Shown: positions 15,001 to 30,000 of the stretch, in pieces
Numbering within the stretch: position 1 is the first letter of the stretch
Layout: each line of letters opens with the position of its first letter
Assembly: GCA_964057225.1 (NCBI GenBank)
Contig: OZ059894.1
Location: 5,456,001-5,520,000 of the forward strand
Direction of reading: 5' to 3'
Origin: Auanema rhodensis
Lineage: Eukaryota > Animalia > Nematoda
DNA: 64,000 nt
The notes under the pieces: generated by a model
What the model was told of the DNA's origin: nothing
Seen by the model: only the letters and a program-made list of their open reading frames with translations
Databases searched by the model: none
Translations under genes and position numbers: made by a program

Positions 15001-18000
15001 GTGTTATCAGATTTGCGCTAACTTAAAAATGCACCGAGATATCAACTGATATAGGTTCACACTTATATCTTCGATTTTCACCCTGAAGAATTAATTTTTT
15101 CGTTGAATAACATTGTCCATCGTCTTCGCCTTGAAAAAAAAATCTAAAAACATCTACTTTTTGTGAAATTATTTTGAAATTTTTCAGGAAAATTTTTGTC
15201 AAAATGTTTTTGGAAGCAATGTTGAGTGTACATGGAAACTCAACATACACTAATGCATCATTTTTCAAACGATCTTAACTAATTTTTGTATTCAGCGTTT
15301 CTCAATGTAACATAGTGCATTCGATGCGGATTTTTAAGCTGCGTCGATCTGTGTTATCAGATTTGCGCTAACTTAAAAATGCACCGAGATATCAACTGAT
15401 ATAAGTTCACACTTATATCTTCGATTTTCACCCTGAAGAATTAATTTTTTCGTTGAATAACATTGTCCATCGTCTTCGCCTCGAAAAAAAATTTAAAAAC
15501 ATCTACTTTTTGTGAAATTATCTGGAAATTTTTCGGGAAAATTTTTGTCAAAATGTTTTTGGAAGCAATGTTGAGTGTACATGGAAACTCAACATACACT
15601 AATGCATCATTTTTCAAACGATCATAACTAATTTTTGTATTGGACGTTTCCCAATGTATTATAGTGTATTCGATGCGGATTTTTAAGCTGCGTCGATCTG
15701 TGTTATCAGATTTGCGCTCACTTAAAAATGCACCGAGATATCAACTGATATAAGTTCACACATATATCCTCGATTTTCACCCTGAAGAATTAATTTTTTC
15801 GTTGAATAACATTGTCCATCGTCTTCGCCTCGAAAAAAAATCTAAGAACATCTACTTTTTGTAAAATTATTTTGAACTTTTCGGGAAAATTTTTGTCAAA
15901 ATGTTTTTGGAAGCAATTTTGAGTGTACATGGAAACTCAACATACACTAATGCATCATTTTTCAAACGATCATAACTAATTTTTGTATTGGACGTTTCCC
16001 AATGTATTATAGTGTATTCGATGCGGATTTTTAAGCTGCGCCGATCTGTGTTATCAGATTTGCGCTAGCTTAAAAATGCACCGAGATATCAACTGATATA
16101 AGTTCACACATATATCTTCGATTTTCACCCTGAAGAATTAATTTTTTCGTTGAATACCATTGTCCATCGTCTTCGCCTTAAAAGAAAAATCTAAAAACAT
16201 CTACTTTTTGTGAAATTATCTGGAAATTTTTCGGGAAAATTTTTGTCAAAAAGTTTTTGGAAGCAATTTTGAGTGTACATGGAAACTCAACATACACTAA
16301 TGCATCATTTTTCAAACGATCATAACTAATTTTTGTATTAAGCGTTTCTCAATGTGACGTAGTGCATTCGATGCGGAATTTTAAGCTGCGTCGATTTGTG
16401 TTATCAGATGTGCGCTAACTTAAGAATGCACCGAGATATCAACTGATATAAGTTCACACATATATCCTCGATTTTCACCCTGAAGAATTAATTTTTTCGT
16501 TGAATAACATTGTCCATCGTCTTCGCCTTGAAAAAAAAATCTAAAAACATCTACTTTTTGTGAAATTATCTGGAAATTTTTCGGGAAAATTTTTGTCAAA
16601 ATGTTTTTGGAAGCAATTTTGAGTGTACATGGAAACTCAACATACACTAATGCATCATTTTTCAAACGATCATAACTAATTTTTGTATTCAGCGTTTTTC
16701 AATGTCACATAGTGTATTCGATGCGGATTTTTAAGCTGCGTCGATCTGTGTTATCAGATTTGCGCTAGCTTAGAAATGCAGCGAGATATCAACTGATATA
16801 GGTTCACACTTATATCTTCGATTTTCACCCTGAAGAATTAATTTTTTCGTTGAATAACATTGTCCATCGTCTTCGCCTTGAAAAAAAAATCTAAAAACAT
16901 CTACTTTTTGTGAAATTATCTGGAAATTTTTCGGGAAAATTTTTGTCAAAAAGTTTTTGGAAGCAATTTTGAGTGTACATGGAAACTCAACATACACTAA
17001 TGCATCATTTTTCAAACGATCATAACTAATTTTTGTATTAAGCGTTTCTCAATGTGACGTAGTGCATTCGATGCGGAATTTTAAGCTGCGTCGATTTGTG
17101 TTATCAGATGTGCGCTAACTTAAGAATGCACCGAGATATCAACTGATATAAGTTCACACATATATCCTCGATTTTCACCCTGAAGAATTAATTTTTTCGT
17201 TGAATAACATTGTCCATCGTCTTCGCCTTGAAAAAAAAATCTAAAAACATCTACTTTTTGTGAAATTATCTGGAAATTTTTCGGGAAAATTTTTGTCAAA
17301 ATGTTTTTGGAAGCAATTTTGAGTGTACATGGAAACTCAACATACACTAATGCATCATTTTTCAAACGATCATAACTAATTTTTGTATTCAGCGTTTTTC
17401 AATGTCACATAGTGTATTCGATGCGGATTTTTAAGCTGCGTCGATCTGTGTTATCAGATTTGCGCTAGCTTAGAAATGCAGCGAGATATCAACTGATATA
17501 GGTTCACACTTATATCTTCGATTTTCACCCTGAAGAATTAATTTTTTCGTTGAATAACATTGTCCATCGTCTTCGCCTTGAAAAAAAAATCTAAAAACAT
17601 CTACTTTTTGTGAAATTATTTTGAAATTTTTCAGGAAAATTTTTGTCAAAATGTTTTTGGAAGCAATGTTGAGTGTACATGGAAACTCAACATACACTAA
17701 TGCATCATTTTTCAAACGATCATAACTAATTTTTGTATTCAGCGTTTCTCAATGTAACATAGTGCATTCGATGCGGATTTTTAAGCTGCGTCGATCTGTG
17801 TTATCAGATTTGCGCTAACTTAAAAATGCACCGAGATATCAACTGTTATAAGTTCACACTTATATCTTCGATTTTCACCCTGAAGAATTAATTTTTTCGT
17901 TGAATAACATTGTCCATCGTCTTCGCCTCGATAAAAAATCTAAAAACATCTACTTTTTGTGAAATTATCTGGAAATTTTTCGGGAAAATTTTTGTCAAAA

Positions 18001-21000
18001 TGTTTTTGGAAGCAATGTTGAGTGTACATGGAAACTCAACATACACTAATGCATCATTTTTCAAACGATCATAACTAATTTTTGTATTGGACGTTTCCCA
18101 CTGTATTATAGTGTATTCGATGCGGATTTTTAAGCTGCGTCGATCTGTGTTATCAGATTTGCGCTAACTTAAAAATGCACCGAGATATCAACTGATATAA
18201 GTTCACACATATATCCTCGATTTTCACCCTGAAGAATTAATTTTTTCGTTGAATAACATTGTCCATCGTCTTCGCCTCGAAAAAAAATCTAAAAACATCT
18301 ACTTTTTGTAAAATTATTTTGAACTTTTCGGGAAAATTTTTGTCAAAATGTTTTTGGAAGCAATTTTGAGTGTACATGGAAACTCAACATACACTAATGC
18401 ATCATTTTTCAAACGATCATAACTAATTTTTGTATTGGACGTTTCCCAATGTATTATAGTGTATTCGATGCGGATTTTTAAGCTGCGTCGATCTGTGTTA
18501 TCAGATTTGCGCTCACTTAAAAATGCACCGAGATATCAACTGATATAAGTTCACACATATATCCTCGATTTTCACCCTGAAGAATTAATTTTTTCGTTGA
18601 ATAACATTGTCCATCGTCTTCGCCTCGAAAAAAAATCTAAAAACATCTACTTTTTGTAAAATTATTTTGAACTTTTCGGGAAAATTTTTGTCAAAATGTT
18701 TTTGGAAGCAATTTTGAGTGTACATGGAAACTCAACATACACTAATGCATCATTTTTCAAACGATCATAACTAATTTTTGTATTGGACGTTTCCCAATGT
18801 ATTATAGTGTATTCGATGCGGATTTTTAAGCTGCGTCGATCTGTGTTATCAGATTTGCGCTCACTTAAAAATGCACCGAGATATCAACTGATATAAGTTC
18901 ACACATATATCCTCGATTTTCACCCTGAAGAATTAATTTTTTCGTTGAATAACATTGTCCATCGTCTTCGCCTTGAAAAAAGGAATCTAAAAACATCTAC
19001 TTTTCGTAAAATTATTTTGAACTTTTCGGGAAAATTTTTGTCAAAATGTTTTTGGAAGCAATTTTGAGTGTACATGGAAACTCAACATACACTAATGCAT
19101 CATTTTTCAAACGATCATAACTAATTTTTGTATTGGACGTTTCCCAATGTATTATAGTGTATTCGATGCGGATTTTTAAGCTGCGTCGATCTGTGTTATC
19201 AGATTTGCGCTCACTTAAAAATGCACCGAGATATCAACTGATATAAGTTCACACATATATCCTCGATTTTCACCCTGAAGAATTAATTTTTTCGTTGAAT
19301 AACATTGTCCATCGTCTTCGCCTTGAAAAAAGAAATCTAAAAACATCTACTTTTTGTAAAATTATTTTGAACTTTTCGGGAAAATTTTTGTCAAAATGTT
19401 TTTGGAAGCAATTTTGAGTGTAATGGAAACTCGACATACACTAATGCATCATTTTTCAAACAACCATAACTAATTTTTGTATTGGACGTTTCCCAATGTA
19501 TTATAGTGTATTCGATGCGGATTTTTAAGCTGCGCCGATCTGTGTTATCAGATTTGCGCTAGCTTAAAAATGCACCGAGATATCAACTGATATAAGTTCA
19601 CACATATATCTTCGATTTTCACCCTGAAGAATTAATTTTTTCGTTGAATACCATTGTCCATCGTCTTCGCCTTAAAAGAAAAATCTAAAAACATCTACTT
19701 TTTGTGAAATTATCTGGAAATTTTTCGGGAAAATTTTTGTCAAAAAGTTTTTGGAAGCAATTTTGAGTGTAATGGAAACTCGACATACACTAATGCATCA
19801 TTTTTCAAACAACCATAACTAATTTTTGTATTGGACGTTTCCCAATGTATTATAGTGTATTCGATGCGGATTTTTAAGCTGCGCCGATCTGTGTTATCAG
19901 ATTTGCGCTAGCTTAAAAATGCACCGAGATATCAACTGATATAAGTTCACACATATATCTTCGATTTTCACCCTGAAGAATTAATTTTTTCGTTGAATAC
20001 CATTGTCCATCGTCTTCGCCTTAAAAGAAAAATCTAAAAACATCTACTTTTTGTGAAATTATCTGGAAATTTTTCGGGAAAATTTTTGTCAAAAAGTTTT
20101 TGGAAGCAATTTTGAGTGTACATGGAAACTCAACATACACTAATGCATCATTTTTCAAACGATCATAACTAATTTTTGTATTAAGCGTTTCTCAATGTGA
20201 CGTAGTGCATTCGATGCGGAATTTTAAGCTGCGTCGATTTGTGTTATCAGATGTGCGCTAACTTAAGAATGCACCGAGATATCAACTGATATAAGTTCAC
20301 ACATATATCCTCGATTTTCACCCTGAAGAATTAATTTTTTCGTTGAATAACATTGTCCATCGTCTTCGCCTTGAAAAAAAAATCTAAAAACATCTACTTT
20401 TTGTGAAATTATCTGGAAATTTTTCGGGAAAATTTTTGTCAAAATGTTTTTGGAAGCAATTTTGAGTGTACATGGAAACTCAACATACACTAATGCATCA
20501 TTTTTCAAACGATCATAACTAATTTTTGTATTCAGCGTTTTTCAATGTCACATAGTGTATTCGATGCGGATTTTTAAGCTGCGTCGATCTGTGTTATCAG
20601 ATTTGCGCTAACTTAAAAATGCAGCGAGATATCAACTGATATAGGTTCACACTTATATCTTCGATTTTCACCCTGAAGAATTAATTTTTTCGTTGAATAC
20701 CATTGTCCATCGTCTTCGCCTTAAAAGAAAAATCTAAAAACATCTACTTTTTGTGAAATTATCTGGAAATTTTTCGGGAAAATTTTTGTCAAAAAGTTTT
20801 TGGAAGCAATGTTGAGTGTACATGGAAACTCAACATACACTAATGCATCATTTTTCAAACGATCATAACTAATTTTTGTATTGGACGTTTCCCAATGTAT
20901 TATAGTGTATTCGATGCGGATTTTTAAGCTGCGTCGATCTGTGTTATCAGATTTGCGCTCACTTAAAAATGCACCGAGATATCAACTGATATAGGTTCAC

Positions 21001-24000
21001 ACATATATCTTCGATTTTCACCCTGAAGAATTAATTTTTTCGTTGAATAACATTGTCCATCGTCTTCGCCTCGAAAAAAAAATCTAAAAACATCTACTTT
21101 TTGTGAAATTATCTGGAAATTTTTCGGGAAATTTTTGTCAAAAAGTTTTTGGAAGCAACTTTGAGTGTACATGGAAACTCAACATACACTAATGCATCAT
21201 TTTTCAAACGATCATAACTAATTTTTGTATTGGACGTTTCCCAATGTATTATAGTGTATTCGATGCGGATTTTTAAGCTGCGTCGATCTGTGTTATCAGA
21301 TTTGCGCTCACTTAAAAATGCACCGAGATATCAACTGATATAGGTTCACACATATATCTTCGATTTTCACCCTGAAGAATTAATTTTTTCGTTGAATAAC
21401 ATTGTCCATCGTCTTCGCCTTGAAAAAAAAATCTAAAAACATCTACTTTTTGTGAAATTATTTTGAAATTTTTCAGGAAAATTTTTGTCAAAATGTTTTT
21501 GGAAGCAATGTTGAGTGTACATGGAAACTCAACATACACTAATGCATCATTTTTCAAACGATCATAACTAATTTTTGTATTCAGCGTTTCTCAATGTGAC
21601 ATAGTGCATTCGATGCGGATTTTTAAGCTGCGTCGATCTGTGTTATCAGATTTGCGCTCACTTAAAAATGCACCGAGATATCAACTGATATAGGTTCACA
21701 CTTATATCTTCGATTTTCACCGTGAAGAATTAATTTTTTCGTTGAATAACATTGTCCATCGTCTTCGCCTTGAAAAAAAAATCTAAAAACATCTACTTTT
21801 TGTGAAATTATTTTGAAATTTTTCAGGAAAATTTTTGTCAAAATGTTTTTGGAAGCAATGTTGAGTGTACATGGAAACTCAACATACACTAATGCATCAT
21901 TTTTCAAACGATCATAACTAATTTTTGTATTCAGCGTTTCTCAATGTGACATAGTGCATTCGATGCGGATTTTTAAGCTGCGTCGATCTGTGTTATCAGA
22001 TTTGCGCTAGCTTAAAAATGCACCGAGATATCAACTGATATAGGTTCACACTTATATCTTCGATTTTCACCCTGAAGAATTAATTTTTTCGTTGAATACC
22101 ATTGTCCATCGTCTTCGCCTTAAAAGAAAAATCTAAAAACATCTACTTTTTGTGAAATTATCTGGAAATTTTTCGGGAAAATTTTTGTCAAAAAGTTTTT
22201 GGAAGCAATTTTGAGTGTACATGGAAACTCAACATACACTAATGCATCATTTTTCAAACGATCATAACTAATTTTTGTATTGGAGGTTTCCCAATGTATT
22301 ATAGTGTATTCGATGCGGATTTTTAAGCTGCGCCGATCTGTGTTATCAGATTTGCTCTAGCTTAAAAATGCACCGAGATATCAACTGATATAAGTTCACA
22401 CATATATCTTCGATTTTCACCCTGAAGAATTAATTTTTTCGTTGAATAACATTGTCCATCGTCTTCGCCTTGAAAAAAGGAATCTAAAAACATCTACTTT
22501 TTGTAAAATTATTTTGAACTTTTCGGGAAAATTTTTGTCAAAATGTTTTTGGAAGCAATTTTGAGTGTACATGGAAACTCAACATACACTAATGCATCAT
22601 TTTTCAAACAATCATAACTAATTTTTGTATTGGACGTTTCCCAATGTATTATAGTGTATTCGATGCGGATTTTTAAGCTGCGCCGATCTGTGTTATCAGA
22701 TTTGCTCTAGCTTAAAAATGCACCGAGATATCAACTGATATAAGTTCACACATATATCTTCGATTTTCACCCTGAAGAATTAATTTTTTCGTTGAATAAC
22801 ATTGTCCATCGTCTTCGCCTTGAAAAAAGGAATCTAAAAACATCTACTTTTTGTAAAATTATTTTGAACTTTTCGGGAAAATTTTTGTCAAAATGTTTTT
22901 GGAAGCAATTTTGAGTGTACATGGAAACTCAACATACACTAATGCATCATTTTTCAAACGATCATAACTAATTTTTGTATTGGACGTTACCCAATGTATT
23001 ATAGTGTATTCGATGCGGATTTTTAAGCTGCGTCGATCTGTGTTATCAGATTTGCGCTCACTTAAAAATGCACCGAGATATCAACTGATATAGGTTCACA
23101 CTTATATCTTCGATTTTCACCGTGAAGAATTAATTTTTTCGTTGAATAACATTGTCCATCGTCTTTGCCTTGAAAAAAAAATCTAAAAACATCTACTTTT
23201 TGTGAAATTATCTGGAAATTTTTCGGGAAAATTTTTGTCAAAATGTTTTTGGAAGCAATTTTGAGTGTACATGGAAACTCAACATACACTAATGCATCAT
23301 TTTTCAAACGATCATAACTAATTTTTGTATTCAGCGTTTCTCAATGTCACATAGTGTATTCGATGCGGATTTTTAAGCTGCGTCGATCTGTGTTATCAGA
23401 TTTGCGCTAGCTTAAAAATGCACCGAGATATCAACTGATATAGGTTCACACTTATATCTTCGATTTTCACCCTGAAGAATTAATTTTTTCGTTGAATAAC
23501 ATTGTCCATCGTCTTCGCCTCGAAAAAAAAATCTAAAAACATCTACTTTTTGTGAAATTATCTGGAAATTTTTCGGGAAAATTTTTGTCAAAATGTTTTT
23601 GGAAGCAATGTAGAGTGTACATGGAAACTCAACATACACTAATGCATCATTTTTCAAACGATCATAACTAATTTTTGTATTCAGCGTTTCTCAATGTGAC
23701 GTAGTGCATTCGATGCGGAATTTTAAGCTGCGTCGATTTGTGTTATCAGATTTGCGCTAACTTAAGAATGCACCGAGATATCAACTGATATAAGTTCACA
23801 CATATATCCTCGATTTTCACCCTAAAGAATTAATTTTTTCGTTGAATAACATTGTCCATCGTCTTCGCCTCGAAAAAAAAATCTAAAAACATCTACTTTT
23901 TGTGAAATTATCTGGAAATTTTTCGGGAAAATTTTTGTCAAAAAGTTTTTGGAAGCAACTTTGAGTGTACATGGAAACTCAACATACACTAATGCATCAT

Positions 24001-27000
24001 TTTTCAAACGATCATAACTAATTTTTGTATTGGACGTTTCCCAATGTATTATAGTGTATTCGATGCGGATTTTTAAGCTGCGTCGATCTGTGTTATCAGA
24101 TTTGCGCTAGCTTAAAAATGCACCGAGATATCAACTGATATAGGTTCACACTTATATCTTCGATTTTCACCCTGAAGAATTAATTTTTTCGTTGAATAAC
24201 ATTGTCCATCGTCTTCGCCTCGAAAAAAAAATCTAAAAACATCTACTTTTTGTGAAATTATCTGGAAATTTTTCGGGAAAATTTTTGTCAAAATGTTTTT
24301 GGAAGCAATGTTGAGTGTACATGGAAACTCAACATACACTAATGCATCATTTTTCAAACGATCATAACTAATTTTTGTATTCAGCGTTTCTCAATGTAAC
24401 ATAGTGCATTCGATGCGGAATTTTAAGCTGCGTCGATTTGTGTTATCAGATTTGCGCTAACTTAAGAATGCACCGAGATATCAACTGATATAAGTTCACA
24501 CATATATCCTCGATTTTCACCCTAAAGAATTAATTTTTTCGTTGAATAACATTGTCCATCGTCTTCGCCTCGAAAAAAAAATCTAAAAACATCTACTTTT
24601 TGTGAAATTATCTGGAAATTTTTCGGGAAAATTTTTGTCAAAAAGTTTTTGGAAGCAACTTTGAGTGTACATGGAAACTCAACATACACTAATGCATCAT
24701 TTTTCAAACGATCATAACTAATTTTTGTATTGGACGTTTCCCAATGTATTATAGTGTATTCGATGCGGATTTTTAAGCTGCGTCGATCTGTGTTATCAGA
24801 TTTGCGCTAGCTTAAAAATGCACCGAGATATCAACTGATATAGGTTCACACTTATATCTTCGATTTTCACCCTGAAGAATTAATTTTTTCGTTGAATAAC
24901 ATTGTCCATCGTCTTCGCCTCGAAAAAAAAATCTAAAAACATCTACTTTTTGTGAAATTATTTTGAAATTTTTCAGGAAAATTTTTGTCAAAATGTTTTT
25001 GGAAGCAATGTTGAGTGTACATGGAAACTCAACATACACTAATGCATCATTTTTCAAACGATCATAACTAATTTTTGTATTCAGAGTTTCTCAATGTGAC
25101 ATAGTGCATTCGATGCGGATTTTTAAGCTGCGTCGATCTGTGTTATCAGATTTGCGCTAGCTTAAAAATGCACCGAGATATCAACTGATATAGGTTCACA
25201 CTTATATCTTCGATTTTCACCCTGAAGAATTAATTTTTTCGTTGAATACCATTGTCCATCGTCTTCGCCTTAAAAGAAAAATCTAAAAACATCTACTTTT
25301 TGTGAAATTATCTGGAAATTTTTCGGGAAAATTTTTGTCAAAAAGTTTTTGGAAGCAATTTTGAGTGTACATGGAAACTCAACATACACTAATGCATCAT
25401 TTTTCAAACGATCATAACTAATTTTTGTATTGGACGTTTCCCAATGTATTATAGTGTATTCGATGCGGATTTTTAAGCTGCGTCGATCTGTGTTATCAGA
25501 TTTGCGCTAGCTTAAAAATGCACCGAGATATCAACTGATATAGGTTCACACTTATATCTTCGATTTTCACCCTGAAGAATTAATTTTTTCGTTGAATAAC
25601 ATTGTCCATCGTCTTCGCCTCGAAAAAAAAATCTAAAAACATCTACTTTTTGTGAAATTATCTGGAAATTTTTCGGGAAAATTTTTGTCAAAAAGTTTTT
25701 GGAAGCAATTTTGAATGTACATGGAAACTCAACATACACTAATGCATCATTTTTCAAACGATCATAACTAAGTTTTGTATTGGACGTTTCCCAATGTATT
25801 ATAGTGTATTCGATGCGGATTTTTAAGCTGCGTCGATTTGTGTTATCAGATGTGCGCTAACTTAAGAATGCACCGAGATATCAACTGATATAAGTTCACA
25901 TATATATCCTTGATTTTCACCCTGAAGAATTAATTTTTTCGTTGAATAACATTGTCCATCGTCTTCGCCTTGAAAAAAGGAATCTAAAAACATCTACTTT
26001 TTGTAAAATTATTTTGAACTTTTCGGGAAAATTTTTGTCAAAATGTTTTTGGAAGCAATTTTGAGTGTACATGGAAACTCAACATACACTAATGCATCAT
26101 TTTTCAAACGATCATAACTAATTTTTGTATTGGACGTTTCCCAATGTATTATAGTGTATTCGATGCGGATTTTTAAGCTGCGTCGATCTGTGTTATCAGA
26201 TTTGCGCTCACTTAAAAATGCACCGAGATATCAACTGATATAGGTTCACACTTATATCTTCGATTTTCACCCTGAAGAATTAATTTTTTCGTTGAATAAC
26301 ATTGTCCATCGTCTTCGCCTCGAAAAAAAAATCTAAAAACATCTACTTTTTGTGAAATTATCTGGAAATTTTTCGGGAAAATTTTTGTCAAAATGTTTTT
26401 GGAAGCAATGTTGAGTGTACATGGAAACTCAACATACACTAATGCATCATTTTTCAAACGATCATAACTAATTTTTGTATTCAGCGTTTCTCAATGTGAC
26501 GTAGTGCATTCGATGCGGAATTTTAAGCTGCGTCGATTTGTGTTATCAGATTTGCGCTAACTTAAGAATGCACCGAGATATCAACTGATATAAGTTCACA
26601 CATATATCCTCGATTTTCACCCTAAAGAATTAATTTTTTCGTTGAATAACATTGTCCATCGTCTTCGCCTCGAAAAAAAAATCTAAAAACATCTACTTTT
26701 TGTGAAATTATCTGGAAATTTTTCGGGAAAATTTTTGTCAAAAAGTTTTTGGAAGCAACTTTGAGTGTACATGGAAACTCAACATACACTAATGCATCAT
26801 TTTTCAAACGATCATAACTAATTTTTGTATTGGACGTTTCCCAATGTATTATAGTGTATTCGATGCGGATTTTTAAGCTGCGTCGATCTGTGTTATCAGA
26901 TTTGCGCTAACTTAAAAATGCACCGAGATATCAACTGATATAGGTTCACACATATATCTTCGATTTTCACCCTGAAGAATTAATTTTTTCGTTGAATAAC

Positions 27001-30000
27001 ATTGTCCATCGTCTTCGCCTTGAAAAAAAAATCTAAAAACATCTACTTTTTGTGAAATTATTTTGAAATTTTTCAGGAAAATTTTTGTCAAAATGTTTTT
27101 GGAAGCAATGTTGAGTGTACATGGAAACTTAACATACACTAATGCATCATTTTTCAAACGATCATAACTAATTTTTGTATTAAGCGTTTCTCAATGTAGT
27201 ATAGTGCATTCGATGCGGATTTTTAAGCTGCGTCGATCTGTGTTATCAGATTTGCGCTAACTTAAAAATGCACCGAGATATCAACTGATATAGGTTCACA
27301 CTTATATCTTCGATTTTCACCCTGAAGAATTAATTTTTTCGTTGAATAACATTGTCCATCGTCTTCGCCTCGAAAAAAAAATCTAAAAACATCTACTTTT
27401 TGTGAAATTATCTGGAAATTTTTCGGGAAAATTTTTGTCAAAATGTTTTTGGAAGCAATGTTGAGTGTACATGGAAACTCAACATACACTAATGCATCAT
27501 TTTTCAAACGATCATAACTAATTTTTGTATTCAGCGTTTCTCAATGTGACATAGTGCATTCGATGCGGATTTTTAAGCTGCGTCGATCTGTGTTATCAGA
27601 TTTGCGCTAACTTAAAAATGCACCGAGATATCAACTGATATAGGTTCACACTTATATCTTCGATTTTCACCCTGAAGAATTAATTTTTTCGTTGAATACC
27701 ATTGTCCATCGTCTTCGCCTCAAAAGAAAAATCTAAAAACATCTACTTTTTGTGAGATTATCTGGAAATTTTTCGGGAAAATTTTTGTCAAAAAGTTTTT
27801 GGAAGCAATTTTGTGTGTACATGGAAACTCAACATACACTAATGCATCATTTTTCAAACGATCATAACTAATTTTTGTATTGGACGTTTCCCAATGTATT
27901 ATAGTGTATTCGATGCGGATTTTTAAGCTGCGTCGATCTGTGTTATCAGATTTGCGCTCACTTAAAAATGCACCGAGATATCAACTGATATAGGTTCACA
28001 CTTATATCTTCGATTTTCACCCTGAAGAATTAATTTTTTCGTTGAATAACATTGTCCATCGTCTTCGCCTCGAAAAAAAAATTTAAAAACATCTACTTTT
28101 TGTGAAATTATCTGGAAATTTTTTGGGAAAATTTTTGTCAAAATGTTTTTGGAAGCAATGTTGAGTGTAATGGAAACTCGACATACACTAATGCATCATT
28201 TTTCAAACAATCATAACTAATTTTTGTATTGGACGTTTCCCAATGTATTATAGTGTATTCGATGCGGATTTTTAAGCTGCGCCGATCTGTGTTATCAGAT
28301 TTGCGCTAGCTTAAAAATGCACCGAGATATCAACTGATATAAGTTCACACATATATCTTCGATTTTCACCCTGAAGAATTAATTTTTTCGTTGAATACCA
28401 TTGTCCATCGTCTTCGCCTTGAAAAAAGGAATCTAAAAACATCTACTTTTTGTGAAATTATCTGGAAATTTTTCGGGAAAATTTTTGTCAAAAAGTTTTT
28501 GGAAGCAATTTTGAGTGTACATGGAAACTCAACATACACTAATGCATCATTTTTCAAACGATCATAACTAATTTTTGTATTGGACGTTTCCCAATGTATT
28601 ATAGTGTATTCGATGCGGATTTTTAAGCTGCGTCGATTTGTGTTATCAGATGTGCGCTAACTTAAGAATGCACCGAGATATCAACTGATATAAGTTCACA
28701 CATATATCCTCGATTTTCACCCTGAAGAATTAATTTTTTCGTTGAATAACATTGTCCATCGTCTTCGCCTTGAAAAAAGGAATCTAAAAACATCTACTTT
28801 TTGTAAAATTATTTTGAACTTTTCGGGAAAATTTTTGTCAAAATGTTTTTGGAAGCAATTTTGAGTGTACATGGAAACTCAACATACACTAATGCATCAT
28901 TTTTCAAACGATCATAACTAATTTTTGTATTGGACGTTTCCCAATGTATTATAGTGTATTCGATGCGGATTTTTAAGCTGCGTCGATCTGTGTTATCAGA
29001 TTTGCGCTCACTTAAAAATGCACCGAGATATCAACTGATATAGGTTCACACTTATATCTTCGATTTTCACCGTGAAGAATTAATTTTTTCGTTGAATAAC
29101 ATTGTCCATCGCCTTCGCCTTGAAAAAAAAATCTAAAAACATCTACTTTTTGTGAAATTATCTGGAAATTTTTCGGGAAAATTTTTGTCAAAATGTTTTT
29201 GGAAGCAATTTTGAGTGTACATGGAAACTCAACATACACTAATGCATCATTTTTCAAACGATCATAACTAATTTTTGTATTCAGCGTTTCTCAATGTCAC
29301 ATAGTGTATTCGATGCGGATTTTTAAGCTGCGTCGATCTGTGTTATCAGATTTGCGCTAGCTTAAAAATGCACCGAGATATCAACTGATATAGGTTCACA
29401 CTTATATCTTCGATTTTCACCCTGAAGAATTAATTTTTTCGTTGAATAACATTGTCCATCGTCTTCGCCTCGAAAAAAAAATCTAAAAACATCTATTTTT
29501 TGTGAAATTATCTGGAAATTTTTCGGGAAAATTTTTGTCAAAATGTTTTTGGAAGCAATGTTGAGTGTACATGGAAACTCAACATACACTAATGCATCAT
29601 TTTTCAAACGATCATAACTAATTTTTGTATTAAGCGTTTCTCAATGTGACGTAGTGCATTCGATGCGGAATTTTAAGCTGCGTCGATCTGTGTGATCAGA
29701 TTTGCGCTCACTTAAGAATGCACCGAGATATCAACTGATATAAGTTCACACATATATCCTCGATTTTCACCCTAAAGAATTAATTTTTTCGTTGAATAAC
29801 ATTGTTCATCGTCTTCGCCTCAAAAAAAAAATCTAAAAACATCTACTTTTTGTGAAATTATCTGGAAATTTTTCGGGAAAATTTTTGTCAAAAAGTTTTT
29901 GGAAGCAATTTTGAGTGTACATGGAAACTCAACATACACTAATGCATCATTTTTCAAACGATCATAACTAATTTTTGTATTGGACGTTTCCCAGTGTATT

